Positions 23,633 through 35,381 are shown, numbered from the stretch's first letter. The stretch is DNA of 64,000 bases from Albugo candida (GCA_040437565.1 JBDOQK010000017.1:1-64000), one strand, 5' to 3'. Program-made: numbers and translations. Notes: generated from the letters alone by a model not told the origin.

Positions 23633-25800
23633 TCATATCTTATTGAGCTTTTCACTTCGTGGTGTGATAACATGGACTTGAGTTTGAAATCTTGTGGAGA
23701 CGAGATCAAGCCACGAACAATCGAATGGAGCGGATTGATGTAATTTGTTGGGAGAGAAGCAGTTCGATCGATGCCTTGACTGATTGCAAACATGATGCCA
23801 TACGTTTTGCTCGTACGGAAACATGCGAATAACATTCTCATAGGCGGATGAGGATATCGATTTCATCTCACCACAAAAATCTTTTTTGCAGTTTAATCTG
23901 AAAGTGTTTGCCTTTGAAGTGTTGAGAAGACAAATAGAGTGCAAAATCGTTTTGCTTGGGTATGCGCCAACTCCGAATGATGAGCTATGAAGTGCCAAAC
24001 ATTTCTCACACTGGAAAGAAGCTATTCACCCGCTAATGCTTCTGAATTTATGACTTAGAAGTTGACCTCAGCGGTTTAATATGAATTTGATTTATGTTTA
24101 GTTGGTCGATCGAAATTATTTTTTCACATTGTTCATGAAATTTGTCAACTGAATTGCTTTCTTTCATTGTTTTCCCGTTCGAAGGGTTCATCATGACACT
24201 GTCCATTTCGATTGATAATCGGGAGATGCCATATTTCCAGTATAGATGTCTGCGATATAGGCGTTGGAAAAGACACATATTTGGTTTTATCGGATTACAA
24301 ATTGCAGAGTTTTCTGGTGTTGCAAAATGGGTCACAAAAGATTCAAGAAACGTATTGGGGCGTCTGATCAAATAAATAGGTGCATTTTCGGTTGTTCGCA
24401 ACTAACACGATTCGATCGACGCCGATTACAACTATAAGGCAAACCCGACAACTCTCTGCGTTACTGTCGGTCATTTCTAAGAGACCAGTACTAGCAAAAG
24501 CCGATTCTCAATTTCTCGAGCCCTTTCCATTGGTTTTAACAGCCAAGGATTGAAGGAAGAATGCAATACAAAGAGTTTTGCATAGCCATATATTGTTTTT
24601 GGTGACAAAAACGTGTCAACGTGGCGTGGAATTGATTGGCTATGGGTACTTGTGTGCCTTTCCGTGTTTTTACGATTCGATAATGGGAACACTGACTGAT
24701 TCGACGAAACGTATGGTATGTATGAGCGATGACTACCCTCGGATGCATCAAGGGCTGTAGGTGAACAATGCTAACTATAATTTGTTGTGTGAGCTTGCGA
24801 TGTTCTTGTGTAAAAACATAGATAGCTGCTGAGGGAATAGAATCGTTACCCGTGTTGTTTTTCTCTCTGTTTGTGAGACTGCTTCGTTCGTGACAACGCT
24901 GCATCTTCATCTCTTTGACTACAGACGTGTGATACAGGCCGAATGTATATAATGCTGATAATCTACGTCCAAGGTCAGCACAGGACTCACTTATGACAAA
25001 ATGATTTCCAGCAGTGAGAAAGTTAAAATCAACTCGGAACCCATTCTGGATTCGAACATTCGCATGCGGGAACTGCAGCAATGAAGCTGGGTGTGCGCTG
25101 TTTTTACGCAAGTGTATCGAAGTCAACATATTGACGCAACGGAAGCATTATCTATTTATCATAAAATACGTATAAACTGATTGAATGCTTGAAAGGTGAT
25201 CAACAAGCTTTCGTCAAAATACTTCGCGGTAGCAGACATATACACCTTTGCAAACGCGACTCAACGTGATGTACATTGGCATTCATACACTAGGAAGCTC
25301 GATAGTCGTATTCAAATTGTCATGAAAGAAGCACGCATATCGCTCAGTAGTACCTCGTCAGCTACCTCTGCACTGGTACCTGCACCAAAGTGTGGTGAAC
25401 AATGACTTGAGTGTGATTTCTGTCGCAAATCCATGAGCAACAGCCAACCTTGATAAGCAAAGCAAACTGATGAACGTAGAGTTTTACAAGATGACATCAG
25501 ACGCATGCGTTCGTTCGTTCTGACATTTAGTTGTTCCGTTCATTATCAAATGAGAGTTTGCTAGCCGCACGGCTACAAAGAAAAATAGCTACTAAACTAA
25601 AAGGTGTGGAAAGTGTTGGTCTATATGTCGTAGTATACGTTTGATAGCAACATTTCTGCAGTGCTCATTATGAGTGACACATTCACAAAAGGTTCAGTCA
25701 AACATGAGTTCTACAAGATCCAAAATTGCCAGAAATAAAAGCTTTGATCTATTCGTAACTCTGCTTTCATCCCTTTCTCAATGAGTACATTTCATTTTGT
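23633..25800 (-). pseudogene. Decayed multi-module CxxC protein gene (CHxC/CCG-effector-like)
   Basis: Successive modules ACV*CHL (about 25500), CFRCVNM (about 25140), QCEKI (about 24130), QCEKCLALHSSSFGV (24010-23969); the last module is homologous to 63718-63936. Confidence 0.55.
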
Positions 25801-25891
25801 GTGTCAAATGGCTATGCGGCTGATGAATGAGGCAATTCCACATTGACTCCATATTTTGATACCCTCCACATATTCCCCAAAGTTCATTCTA

Positions 25892-26387
25892 ATGTCGGTC
25901 TCGTCCGTAATGACACGCACATCCATTCAAGTGAGGCGGTCTTCCAATTGCAACATGAAACTTTTTATAACTTTTTTATAGCTTTATAGAGATTGTCTGC
26001 GTCTCGCTAAACACATTGGAGGCTCTGTGGGTTGTAATCAATGCCAAAGACTCTATCTAATAGCTGACTCGTAGAGCAAAAAAGGACTTGCGATCAAAGA
26101 GCTCGTACGAAGAGAATTTGACAAAGGGAAGAGAGAAACGGATCCGGAGAAAATCGAGATGTTGAAAGGAAAGTAAGTGGAGCTATTTCGAATGTAAACA
26201 GATTGCTGAGTGCGTCACAGTGCAGTAAGAGGCTTGAGTAATTATTTAGTGATGGCAAACGCGAGGTTGCGAATGTTGTTTTCTGGTTTACAGCTTCTAA
26301 TGATGTTTTACTTTTAGCAAAGACAAAGGAATGAAAAATGCGATGAAATCAGACGCGCCTCAGGAAGCAGAGTATCGCGAAATCTAA
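25892..26387 (+). CDS. Mitochondrial LYR-motif protein (5 exons)
   Basis: Spliced: MSVSSVMTRTSIQ|LYRDCLRLAKHIGGS|SKKGLAIKELVRREFDKGKRETDPEKIEMLKGN|AVRGLSNYLVMANAS|KDKGMK...EYREI*; LYR..LR and R.EF signature; GT-AG introns. Confidence 0.88.
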
Positions 26388-26551
26388 GAGTATTAGCCTC
26401 AATATGTTTTAGTAAACGTATGACGCGCTTGTTCTCGTCTGTAGACTTTGTATCAGCTTAATATCTCACGAGTTGACATCTTTTTTCATTGACATATAAA
26501 TGACGAAATACTTTCGAGGCACAAAGTTTTCGCCAATCACTCGATACAAAA

Positions 26552-26995
26552 ATGCATAAAGAACGCTGTCCGCAGAGGTAAGGCTCCTTCTGTCATTGCT
26601 GAGGCATCGACAATGAGATGAAAAGAATTTAATCTGTCAGTATCGATGAAGCGAATCGCTCGGTGTGGGCGAAATTGTTTCTATTCACAGGCTTAATGAT
26701 AACTCTTCCTCTTGGGACTTTTTTTCTAATGGCAAAAGGAATCGCTCGAGGTACCAATTCTCAGCTTTTGACCGCTCCAATATGCTTATCAACAAGCTTG
26801 CGATAGATTGGAAACACTCAGAAATGTGGAGGTAGGTGACCTGTTTCATTGTCATTACTCTCACCTCATTTGCTATGTCGTAGCGGCTTTGCTGCCGTCT
26901 TTATGGTGAATATTGTGATTGTCGCGTACATTGTATCCGCCTGGTTTGAAGAGGACAACAGTTCAGGCAGATTGCATGCAAAGAAAACCCAATAA
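26552..26995 (+). CDS. VMA21: V-ATPase assembly factor VMA21-like (4 exons)
   Basis: KLFLFTGLMITLPLGTFF ... SGFAAVFMVNIVIVAYIVSAWFEED ... KKTQ*; two TM helices and a C-terminal KKxx ER-retrieval signal; last exon repeated after the gap. Confidence 0.85.
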
Positions 26996-27402
26996 ATAAT
27001 GAAATACAATCTCTTCCACTTTCCCCATGCAATTGTGTACAGCGCCACACCACGTATTTCCAACCAGCCATTTCGCCTCATGGAACAACTGACGCAACAT
27101 ATCACTCCGCATGTAAATTTAGAAGATTGTATCACATCTACATCGTTGGAATCTNNNNNNNNNNNNNNNNNNNNNNNNNNNNNNNNNNNNNNNNNNNNNN
27201 NNNNNNNNNNNNNNNNNNNNNNNNNNNNNNNNNNNNNNNNNNNNNNNNNNNNNNGTCATTACTCTCACCTCATTTGCTATGTCGTAGCGGCTTTGCTGCC
27301 GTCTTTATGGTGAATATTGTGATTGTCGCGTACATTGTATCCGCCTGGTTTGAAGAGGACAACAGTTCAGGCAGATTGCATGCAAAGAAAACCCAATAAA
27401 TA

Positions 27403-29097
27403 ATGAAATACAATCTCTTCCACTTTCCCCATGCAATTGTGTACAGCGCCACACCACGTATTTCCAACCAGCCATTTCGCCTCATGGAACAACTGACGCA
27501 ACATATCACTCCGCATGTAAATTTAGAAGATTGTATCACATCTACATCGTTGGAATCTTTGCAGAGTCAGCTTCCTCCATTCACTCGTCACTCCGGCAAA
27601 GTCCGTGACATTTATCGCTTCTCAGATTGCATTCTACTCATTGCAACTGATCGCCAAAGCGCGTTCGACCGTGTATTAGCTTCCATCCCGTACAAAGGCC
27701 GTGTGCTCACATTGACGAGTTTATATTGGTTCGACCAGACCAAGCATATCATTCCGAATCATGTACTTGCATCTCCACATCCATCCGTTATCGTTGGTAA
27801 AATCTGTCGGGTCTTTCCTGTGGAATTTGTTGTTCGTGGATACATCACCGGAAGCACAAGTACGTCAATGTGGACACATTACGCGAATGGATGTCGCGAG
27901 TATTGTGGTCATCTGCTTGAGGATGGGTACGTACAGCATCAAAAATTACATCACAACCTCGTGACGCCAACCACCAAAGACGACAGTCACGATGAGCTCA
28001 TTTCAGCTCGGGAAATTGTCGCTTCCAAAAGAATGAAACAAAGTGAGTGGGATTACTGTTGTAAGAAAGCATTAGAGCTTTTCGCGTACGGGCAACAACG
28101 AGCACAAGAGCGTGGGCTTATCCTCNNNNNNNNNNNNNNNNNNNNNNNNNNNNNNNNNNNNNNNNNNNNNNNNNNNNNNNNNNNNNNNNNNNNNNNNNNN
28201 NNNNNNNNNNNNNNNNNNNNNNNNNTACTCATTGCAACTGATCGCCAAAGCGCGTTCGACCGTGTATTAGCTTCCATCCCGTACAAAGGCCGTGTGCTCA
28301 CATTGACGAGTTTATATTGGTTCGACCAGACCAAGCATATCATTCCGAATCATGTACTTGCATCTCCACATCCATCCGTTATCGTTGGTAAAATCTGTCG
28401 GGTCTTTCCTGTGGAATTTGTTGTTCGTGGATACATCACCGGAAGCACAAGTACGTCAATGTGGACACATTACGCGAATGGATGTCGCGAGTATTGTGGT
28501 CATCTGCTTGAGGATGGGTACGTACAGCATCAAAAATTACATCACAACCTCGTGACGCCAACCACCAAAGACGACAGTCACGATGAGCTCATTTCAGCTC
28601 GGGAAATTGTCGCTTCCAAAAGAATGAAACAAAGTGAGTGGGATTACTGTTGTAAGAAAGCATTAGAGCTTTTCGCGTACGGGCAACAACGAGCACAAGA
28701 GCGTGGGCTTATCCTCGTCGATACAAAGTATGAGTTTGGAATCGATGATACAGGCACCATCCTCGTTGTGGATGAGATGCATACGCCCGACTCGAGTCGA
28801 TTTTGGCTCCAGAAATCGTATGAAGAGTGTATGCGGCTCGGAATCGCACCTGAAAGTATCGATAAAGAGTTTTTGAGGGTGTGGTTCACACAAAGATGCG
28901 ATCCGTATAGTGCGGAGACGCTACCGGAAGCTCCTTCGGAGCTCGTGACGGAGCTTTCCAGTCGATATATTCTCTTATTTGAACTCATAACGGGTCAGAA
29001 ATTTGATTTTCCAAAGGGTTTGCGACAGAGCGTGTCGTGTGAGAAGGAATTGCTTGAAAGGGTTGAGAAGTACTTTAAAAATGACATTTGCTTGTGA
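27403..29097 (+). CDS. ADE1: SAICAR synthetase (phosphoribosylaminoimidazole-succinocarboxamide synthase); internal repeat is a gap artefact; likely start at Met 27484
   Basis: GKVRDIY, TDRQSAFD, EFVVRGYITGS, TPTTK, LVDTKYEFG, DEMHTPDSSRFW, DKEFLR motifs. Confidence 0.96.
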   Translation: MKYNLFHFPHAIVYSATPRISNQPFRLMEQLTQHITPHVNLEDCITSTSLESLQSQLPPFTRHSGKVRDIYRFSDCILLIATDRQSAFDRVLASIPYKGRVLTLTSLYWFDQTKHIIPNHVLASPHPSVIVGKICRVFPVEFVVRGYITGSTSTSMWTHYANGCREYCGHLLEDGYVQHQKLHHNLVTPTTKDDSHDELISAREIVASKRMKQSEWDYCCKKALELFAYGQQRAQERGLILXXXXXXXXXXXXXXXXXXXXXXXXXXXXXXXXXXLIATDRQSAFDRVLASIPYKGRVLTLTSLYWFDQTKHIIPNHVLASPHPSVIVGKICRVFPVEFVVRGYITGSTSTSMWTHYANGCREYCGHLLEDGYVQHQKLHHNLVTPTTKDDSHDELISAREIVASKRMKQSEWDYCCKKALELFAYGQQRAQERGLILVDTKYEFGIDDTGTILVVDEMHTPDSSRFWLQKSYEECMRLGIAPESIDKEFLRVWFTQRCDPYSAETLPEAPSELVTELSSRYILLFELITGQKFDFPKGLRQSVSCEKELLERVEKYFKNDICL

Positions 29098-29602
29098 TTT
29101 TTTGAATTTTGTGNNNNNNNNNNNNNNNNNNNNNNNNNNNNNNNNNNNNNNNNNNNNNNNNNNNNNNNNNNNNNNNNNNNNNNNNNNNNNNNNNNNNNNN
29201 NNNNNNNNNNNNNGAGCTTTCCAGTCGATATATTCTCTTATTTGAACTCATAACGGGTCAGAAATTTGATTTTCCAAAGGGTTTGCGACAGAGCGTGTCG
29301 TGTGAGAAGGAATTGCTTGAAAGGGTTGAGAAGTACTTTAAAAATGACATTTGCTTGTGATTTTTTGAATTTTGTGAAGTGTGTTTTTTTTGATTCTGAT
29401 TGTCCGCGAGGAAACAAATCAGTGTGATGAGGTTGTTTGTGTAAAGAGGCGTTGGAATTCGGTTTGATAGTTGCAATCTGAAAAGCGTTGCGTGCGCTAT
29501 AAAGCAATGAAAAAGTTGCTGATTTTCTCTTTGAGACATTTTGAAACGTGCGTTAAGTTAAGAGTCAGTTATGCAACGCCAATTGATCAGTTAAGAACAT
29601 GA

Positions 29603-30245
29603 ATGATCACTGTGTTTACAATGAGTTCAATGAGCCGCAGATGGTGCCTTCTTTCTACTTTTGGGCAACAATGGAGCGCTACTAGGAGCAAATCAGTAAA
29701 ATGGTATTCCGCATCGTCTTCATCGACTGTTGGAATTCAGAGGAACGAGAGACGCAGGAGAGAACTTCCTCCGCCATTGAAAATTGTAGAGTGTCTATCA
29801 CTTATCAAGATGTTCTGAATCACACAATTACATTTGTAGACCGAAGCAGCAGCCGATCGAATACGCGATTTGATGGCAAAGAAACCGGAAGCAGTTGGCA
29901 TTCGTTTAGGCGTTCGAACACGTAATGTGGACCCGTTGAAATGAAACATGGTTTTAACGCTTTGACATTAGGAGGATGCAATGGGCTTTCCTACACAATG
30001 AATTATGCGGATCGGAAGGCTCCCATGGAGGAAGAAGTAAAGGACAAAGGCGTTTGCGTGTTTGTAGAGCCGAAAGCGCTCTTTCACGTTGTAGGCACAA
30101 CAATGGATTTCCACGTACGTTAACCTGCCAGCAATACACCAAACTTATTTGACTCTGACAGACATCGCCATTGGGATCGGAGTTTGTGTTTGAGAATCCA
30201 AATGCAAAAGGAAGTTGTGGATGCGGAGAGAGTTTTAATGTGTGA
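29603..30245 (+). CDS. ISCA1: Mitochondrial iron-sulfur cluster assembly protein ISCA1 (4 exons; start Met uncertain)
   Basis: S/R-rich presequence; TEAAADRI..GIRLGVRTRGCNGLSY..GTTMDF|..SEFVFENPNAKGSCGCGESFNV*. Confidence 0.95.
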
Positions 30246-30279
30246 CACATGAATTGTGTCAAGAATGGGATTGGCTTTA

Positions 30280-31007
30280 TTATGCTATTTCGACACTGTC
30301 TTGTTGACTCTTACATGAGATCGATTGTCCTTTCCCGTACATTGCAAATTCCGCAGCAGAAAGAGGAGGAATGTGACTCGTGGTCGTGTACTCTACTGCA
30401 TCATCTCCTAGAATAAAATGAGTGGCACTCAAATCTGCTCAGACGTCGTGTTTAGTGTTTGCAAGTGAAGTTAAACACAGCTCGTACCTTTTTTTCGGTC
30501 AAATGTCGACGTCACCGCCATATTTAATTTTGATTTGTCGGAAAAACTGCTTTTCGACTCTGACATATAACCAATCGTATCATTCCACGAGATACTATGT
30601 GACGGGTGACCGCAGGAACGCTGCCGCACTTGGTCTCGGAATGCGATGGCTTCCTTTGCAGCTATGGGGTCGTACTGGTACACTGCTTGTGATTCAGAGG
30701 ACGGCTTGACTGTGTCATATCCCATGATAACCGCTCCATTCCCTTCATTTGGTTTTCGGCCCGGCACCAGCACGGTCCGAGGCTCGGTCCCATGTACTCC
30801 AATTTGCTGATTTGATGTGTTGAAATCTCGTGCTTTTCCATCGCCAAAGTGAACGCTGTCTTTCACTCGAGTGAAACGTGAACGATTTATGCTGAGGTCA
30901 CTCTCACTATGCTTTTGATTCATTGCCGTCAGACTGCTCTCATACTTTATTTGATCGTATCCTAATATCACGGAGTCGTGAGGCCACATGTTGGCACTTT
31001 GGGCCAT
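30280..31007 (-). CDS. Repeat protein of unknown function, possibly an axonemal microtubule-binding protein (2 or more exons)
   Basis: 178-aa ORF plus a spliced exon DLSATHFILGDDAVEYTTT...SVEIA*; five S/H-h-h-G-x-D...Y-x-S/T repeats; 5' part repeated after the gap. Confidence 0.7.
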
Positions 31008-31411
31008 GATCAGGAGTGCATTTTTCTCATCTTCACGAGAATTCGTTATTTATGTCNNNNNNNNNNNNNNNNNNNNNNNNNNNNNNNNNNNNNNNNNNNN
31101 NNNNNNNNNNNNNNNNNNNNNNNNNNNNNNNNNNNNNNNNNNNNNNNNNNNNNNNNCTCACTATGCTTTTGATTCATTGCCGTCAGACTGCTCTCATACT
31201 TTATTTGATCGTATCCTAATATCACGGAGTCGTGAGGCCACATGTTGGCACTTTGGGCCATGATCAGGAGTGCATTTTTCTCATCTTCACGAGAATTCGT
31301 TATTTATGTCTTAGAAACGTAGAAACTCGTTGATTATATGAAAATGAACAGCGTACGTTACAAGCTTCTTTCGCTTATTAATAGCTGCGCTATTCGTACA
31401 AATGATTGAAT

Positions 31412-32260
31412 TTAACCCAATGTGAGAGCGATCCCAAATTTATGTCCGTCACCATCAAAATTCTTCGCATCGATCGATGTGCTCGTTGCCAAAGACACAA
31501 AAGGTCGAAGTTTTTGAATAAGTGCCAATGAGATGTGACCATTGGATTCCACTTTGCCTGCATACTCAGTCCAAGGATCCGCTAAATAGCGACCTCCAAC
31601 CGTAAGAGTGTTGGCGCCAGACTTGACGTCATAGTTGAAAAGAGCCGAGTAGATCGTACGAAGGGAGGCACGATGGTGGAACGATCCGACAAGTGATGAA
31701 AACTTGTTTTTTGTTTGTAATGTGGCAGCATACTCAAAATCAGTATAACTGATAGCAACATTGTGATCCACCAATTCGTTCTTTTCCAAACCAAATCCAA
31801 CTTGTGCACCAATGCGATAGTTATCTTTTTGAAAGATTCCAGATTGATACACCACCCTTTTTCCAATATCGAGCTGTCCATCCACTGCAAAATTGTCCTT
31901 CACGTATTCATACCCGAGAACTCCAACTCGTTTCGCAAGCGGATCCTTCACTTTTGATCCATCTTCTGTTTTTGCCGATAATTTCAACGCATGACAACCA
32001 CAATTGACGAGTTCAGCTTCCGTAGTTAGTCGTCCTTGTGTGTTCACTTGTAGTCGTTTAATGTGAAGACCCGTGTTGTAGTGCTTAAAGCTGGCAGAAA
32101 TCTTCCCTAAAATCGATTTATTCGCATTCATCTCACCTTCTGTGGTGAAAGTGACGCCATTCGATGAGGTGCTTTTGATTTTCAGCTTGCGGGAGAAGTC
32201 ATAGTCGTCTTTGAGGATATTTTCCGCAGTCTTTGCAATGTCTTTATAAAGCACAACCAT
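31412..32260 (-). CDS. VDAC: Voltage-dependent anion channel (mitochondrial porin), copy 1
   Basis: MVVLYKDIAKTAENILKDDY... HKFGIALTLG*; about 282 aa, intronless. Confidence 0.95.
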   Translation of the reverse strand: MVVLYKDIAKTAENILKDDYDFSRKLKIKSTSSNGVTFTTEGEMNANKSILGKISASFKHYNTGLHIKRLQVNTQGRLTTEAELVNCGCHALKLSAKTEDGSKVKDPLAKRVGVLGYEYVKDNFAVDGQLDIGKRVVYQSGIFQKDNYRIGAQVGFGLEKNELVDHNVAISYTDFEYAATLQTKNKFSSLVGSFHHRASLRTIYSALFNYDVKSGANTLTVGGRYLADPWTEYAGKVESNGHISLALIQKLRPFVSLATSTSIDAKNFDGDGHKFGIALTLG

Positions 32261-32406
32261 TCTGAATGGAGTAAAAGCTTTAATGTGTTTGTGGTCGACG
32301 TCCACTGTATGCTTTTGTCCAATAAGATCGTACCTAAGAAATATCCTAATTTATAGTGTAACATCATTTTAGGTGTGATCCCAGGGAGCTTTCGTATCCA
32401 TCGAAA

Positions 32407-33424
32407 ATGGTCGCGGAATTATTCAAAGATTTCGGGAAAACCGCGGGCGACACGTTACGCGACGACTATGATTTCTCTCGTAAACTAAAGATCAAAACGA
32501 AATCAGAGAACGGTGTCGTATTCACAACGGNNNNNNNNNNNNNNNNNNNNNNNNNNNNNNNNNNNNNNNNNNNNNNNNNNNNNNNNNNNNNNNNNNNNNN
32601 NNNNNNNNNNNNNNNNNNNNNNNNNNNNNNACTATGATTTCTCTCGTAAACTAAAGATCAAAACGAAATCAGAGAACGGTGTCGTATTCACAACGGAGGG
32701 AGCTATGAGTGACAACAACTCGATACTCGCGAAAGTGGCCACAGGATTCACGCACGAGGGAAGTGGAATTGTTTGCAAGAAATTACAAATCTCGAGTCAG
32801 GGACGGCTTGTTACAGAAGCAGAAGTCCCCAATGTGTTGACAAAAGGGCTCAAGCTCACATTCAAACTGGAAGATGGCTCTGCGGGAAAGACCGCAAAAG
32901 TGAGTCCTATTGGAGTGCTTGGAGCAGAGTACAAACAACAACGAGCTGCATTCAGTACCGAAGCTGATTTCATCACCAGTAATGTTCGAACATCACTTGG
33001 AATCGTCCACGAAAATTTCTTGGTGGGTGGTAAGTTGGCATTCAACGTAGAAAACTCTTCTCTCGTGGAACACGATGTCGGTGCGAGTTATGTTGGATCA
33101 GATTTCGCGACCACATTGACAACAATGAAGAATTTCACGGCGTTATCAGCTTCCTTTCATCACCGTCTATCGAAAGATACAATCTATGCAGGCGTTTTGG
33201 ACTACGATTTAAAGACTGCCTCCAACACTTTGACCGTCGGAGGACGATACAGAGCCGATGTCGATACAACATTTGCAGGCAAAGTGAATTCCAATGGGTT
33301 TGTCTCATTGGCCGCAATTCAAAAAGTACGCCCGTCGGTGACACTAAGTACGAGCGTCCATTTTGACGCAAAGAATTTGGAAAGTAATGCTCATAAATTT
33401 GGAGTTGGATTGACATTAGGCTGA
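32407..33424 (+). CDS. VDAC: Voltage-dependent anion channel (mitochondrial porin), copy 2
   Basis: MVAELFKDFGKTAGDTLRDDY... HKFGVGLTLG*; the gap repeats about 66 bp. Confidence 0.95.
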
Positions 33425-33470
33425 TGTAGATATCCGAGCATTCGAATACGATGCACATGGTGACATTTTT

Positions 33471-34184
33471 CTATTCTACTTTTTTTCTTCCTCGTACCTC
33501 TGCGTTTGCTCTACGTTTTTGACTCGTATGATCAAGGAATTGAACGAGAGAGAGTTCAGTATGCTCTCCAAACATCTCCTTCATGCGAAATTCCAGCTGT
33601 GTCGACCCATACCGCGCAAATAGAATTGCCATTGTATCGTCCGCGTTGATAATTCCGGTATTTTTCTTATCGTATATTAAGAACTGAATAACGTTAAAGA
33701 AATTGACAGGTTCTAATTCAGTTTTGTCCAATAGAATGCGATTGAAAATGCCACCCATTTCCGACCAATCAATGACGCCGTCTAGATTTTCATCCGCTTC
33801 CCAAATCATATCGGATACTTCTTTCTTTGTGCAGGTTTTCCCCAAACTTTTCATCACATCATATAAATCTTCGTGACGTATACACTTGGAGCTGTAATTT
33901 TGCAATGCTGCTAGTTCAAGACTACTGCTTTGAATCTGTTCTTCCACTTCGTGTAATTCAACCTCAAGTTGATCTCTAGTCCTTGTTTCTTTGCTTCCAC
34001 ACATAACATTAGTAAAATCAGGATCATCGCATTGCTGCAGCAAAATTTGTCGACGCTGAGTAAAGTTTGTGATGTTATTCTGCAGCCTTTTCTTCGTCCG
34101 ATAAGACGCTACATACTCAAACACGCGCCGCAACTCTTTCTCTTCTTGTGCTACCATTCCCTTGACGCTGTCATTTGCATTCAT
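33471..34184 (-). CDS. EF-hand (calmodulin-like) protein with coiled-coil insert
   Basis: EEKELRRVF; MIWEADENLDGVIDWSE; YDKKNTGIINADD. Confidence 0.88.
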   Translation of the reverse strand: MNANDSVKGMVAQEEKELRRVFEYVASYRTKKRLQNNITNFTQRRQILLQQCDDPDFTNVMCGSKETRTRDQLEVELHEVEEQIQSSSLELAALQNYSSKCIRHEDLYDVMKSLGKTCTKKEVSDMIWEADENLDGVIDWSEMGGIFNRILLDKTELEPVNFFNVIQFLIYDKKNTGIINADDTMAILFARYGSTQLEFRMKEMFGEHTELSLVQFLDHTSQKRRANAEVRGRKKVE

Positions 34185-34287
34185 CCTCAAAGAGATGGAA
34201 ATGACGCAAAATGAATTGCACGACTGATTCCTTCACTTATAAATAAATGTTAAAGTACCAAAAATAGCGGTCTGGTTGTATTCTTAT

Positions 34288-35324
34288 TCATAAAGCTACT
34301 GTCTTCAAAAGCGTTTGGACCATTGTTTCGATTTCATCTTGCGTCATACATTCCGAGTTTGAGATCGCATTGGCTAATAAAACCGTATGCTGATTGGACT
34401 TGCAATGGATCCAGACAATACCATTTTGACCAATAGCAATCTCGTATGATATAGTGCGTCCGAGAACATGCAAAATCGAGGTATCTTGCGCTCGTAAAAG
34501 TTGTCGTGCAAATCCGATAGAAACACGAAAATTGTATCCTCCCCTTAACTCTCCGTAAATGGAAAGTCCAGTCATCCAATCCTTTTTATTGACGTTTGTA
34601 GGGGCTATACATTCGAATCAGAAGAGCAGCAAGGCACTGAGAAACTCGTACCTTCACATGTCAACTCGCATTCGAGATCCACCTTGACCACTCGAGCGTA
34701 CACCAACGATCCAATTTGCAAGTTTGGTCGATTGCGTTTTGTCGCGCCATCAAATGCCAATGTGCTCAAAACCGCCGTATTTCTATACAAAATAATGAGC
34801 ATCGTTCCATGAATGCAAAAGAGCGTACGTGGATCCGATGTTGAGGCGATAGAATTCCGCATTCCGATCGACTACGATACCGATTACTGAATCGTCCACA
34901 GAAGCGATATACTGCATACATATCTGTAATAAACAATCCTTCAAGTCGAACAAGACGTACCCGTTTATGGTCATAATCCACCCAATATCGATTTGGAGGA
35001 CGGTACCGCAAAATGCCAGAATTGGAGGCGATTATTCGATTGTGCGGTTCTTTCACGTGTTTCAGCCCGCTTCCTGCTCATTTTCCACCATCAAGCCGCT
35101 GTCTAACCTTGTTTTTAATTCAGAGTAGCACCTAACTTGACATGTTTGCCGCTATTGGTGATTGTCAGAGTAAGGTCATCACCCGGTAATACAATGCATG
35201 GAGTGAAAGTGACATCGATAGCGTTCTCTGCATCCCTTAGAAACTGCTCCGCATCATTTATAGCACTCCCAGAAACATCTAAAGATGCGTCATTGGATCG
35301 ACGTTTCAATGTCGTTCCGGCCAT
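34288..35324 (-). CDS. RRP40: Exosome complex component RRP40 (5 exons)
   Basis: VLPGD, DSVIGIV, LAFDGATKRNRPNLQIGSLVYARV, GELRGG, EIAIGQNGIVW; four GT-AG introns. Confidence 0.95.
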
Positions 35325-35381
35325 TCTATTCTTAGGTTTGGTACGCACGACCGTACTTAATAAAACAAGTTTGCATCAAAA

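Noticed and set aside
26851..29373. Duplicated VMA21 exon and internally repeated 564-aa SAICAR synthetase
   Set aside because: Each repeat is identical and brackets a 100-N gap, i.e. unmerged contig overlaps
30903..31310. Duplicated 5' end of the repeat-protein gene
   Set aside because: Gap-flanking overlap artefact
32465..32696. Apparent frameshift or duplication in VDAC copy 2
   Set aside because: Caused by the N gap and about 66 bp of overlap
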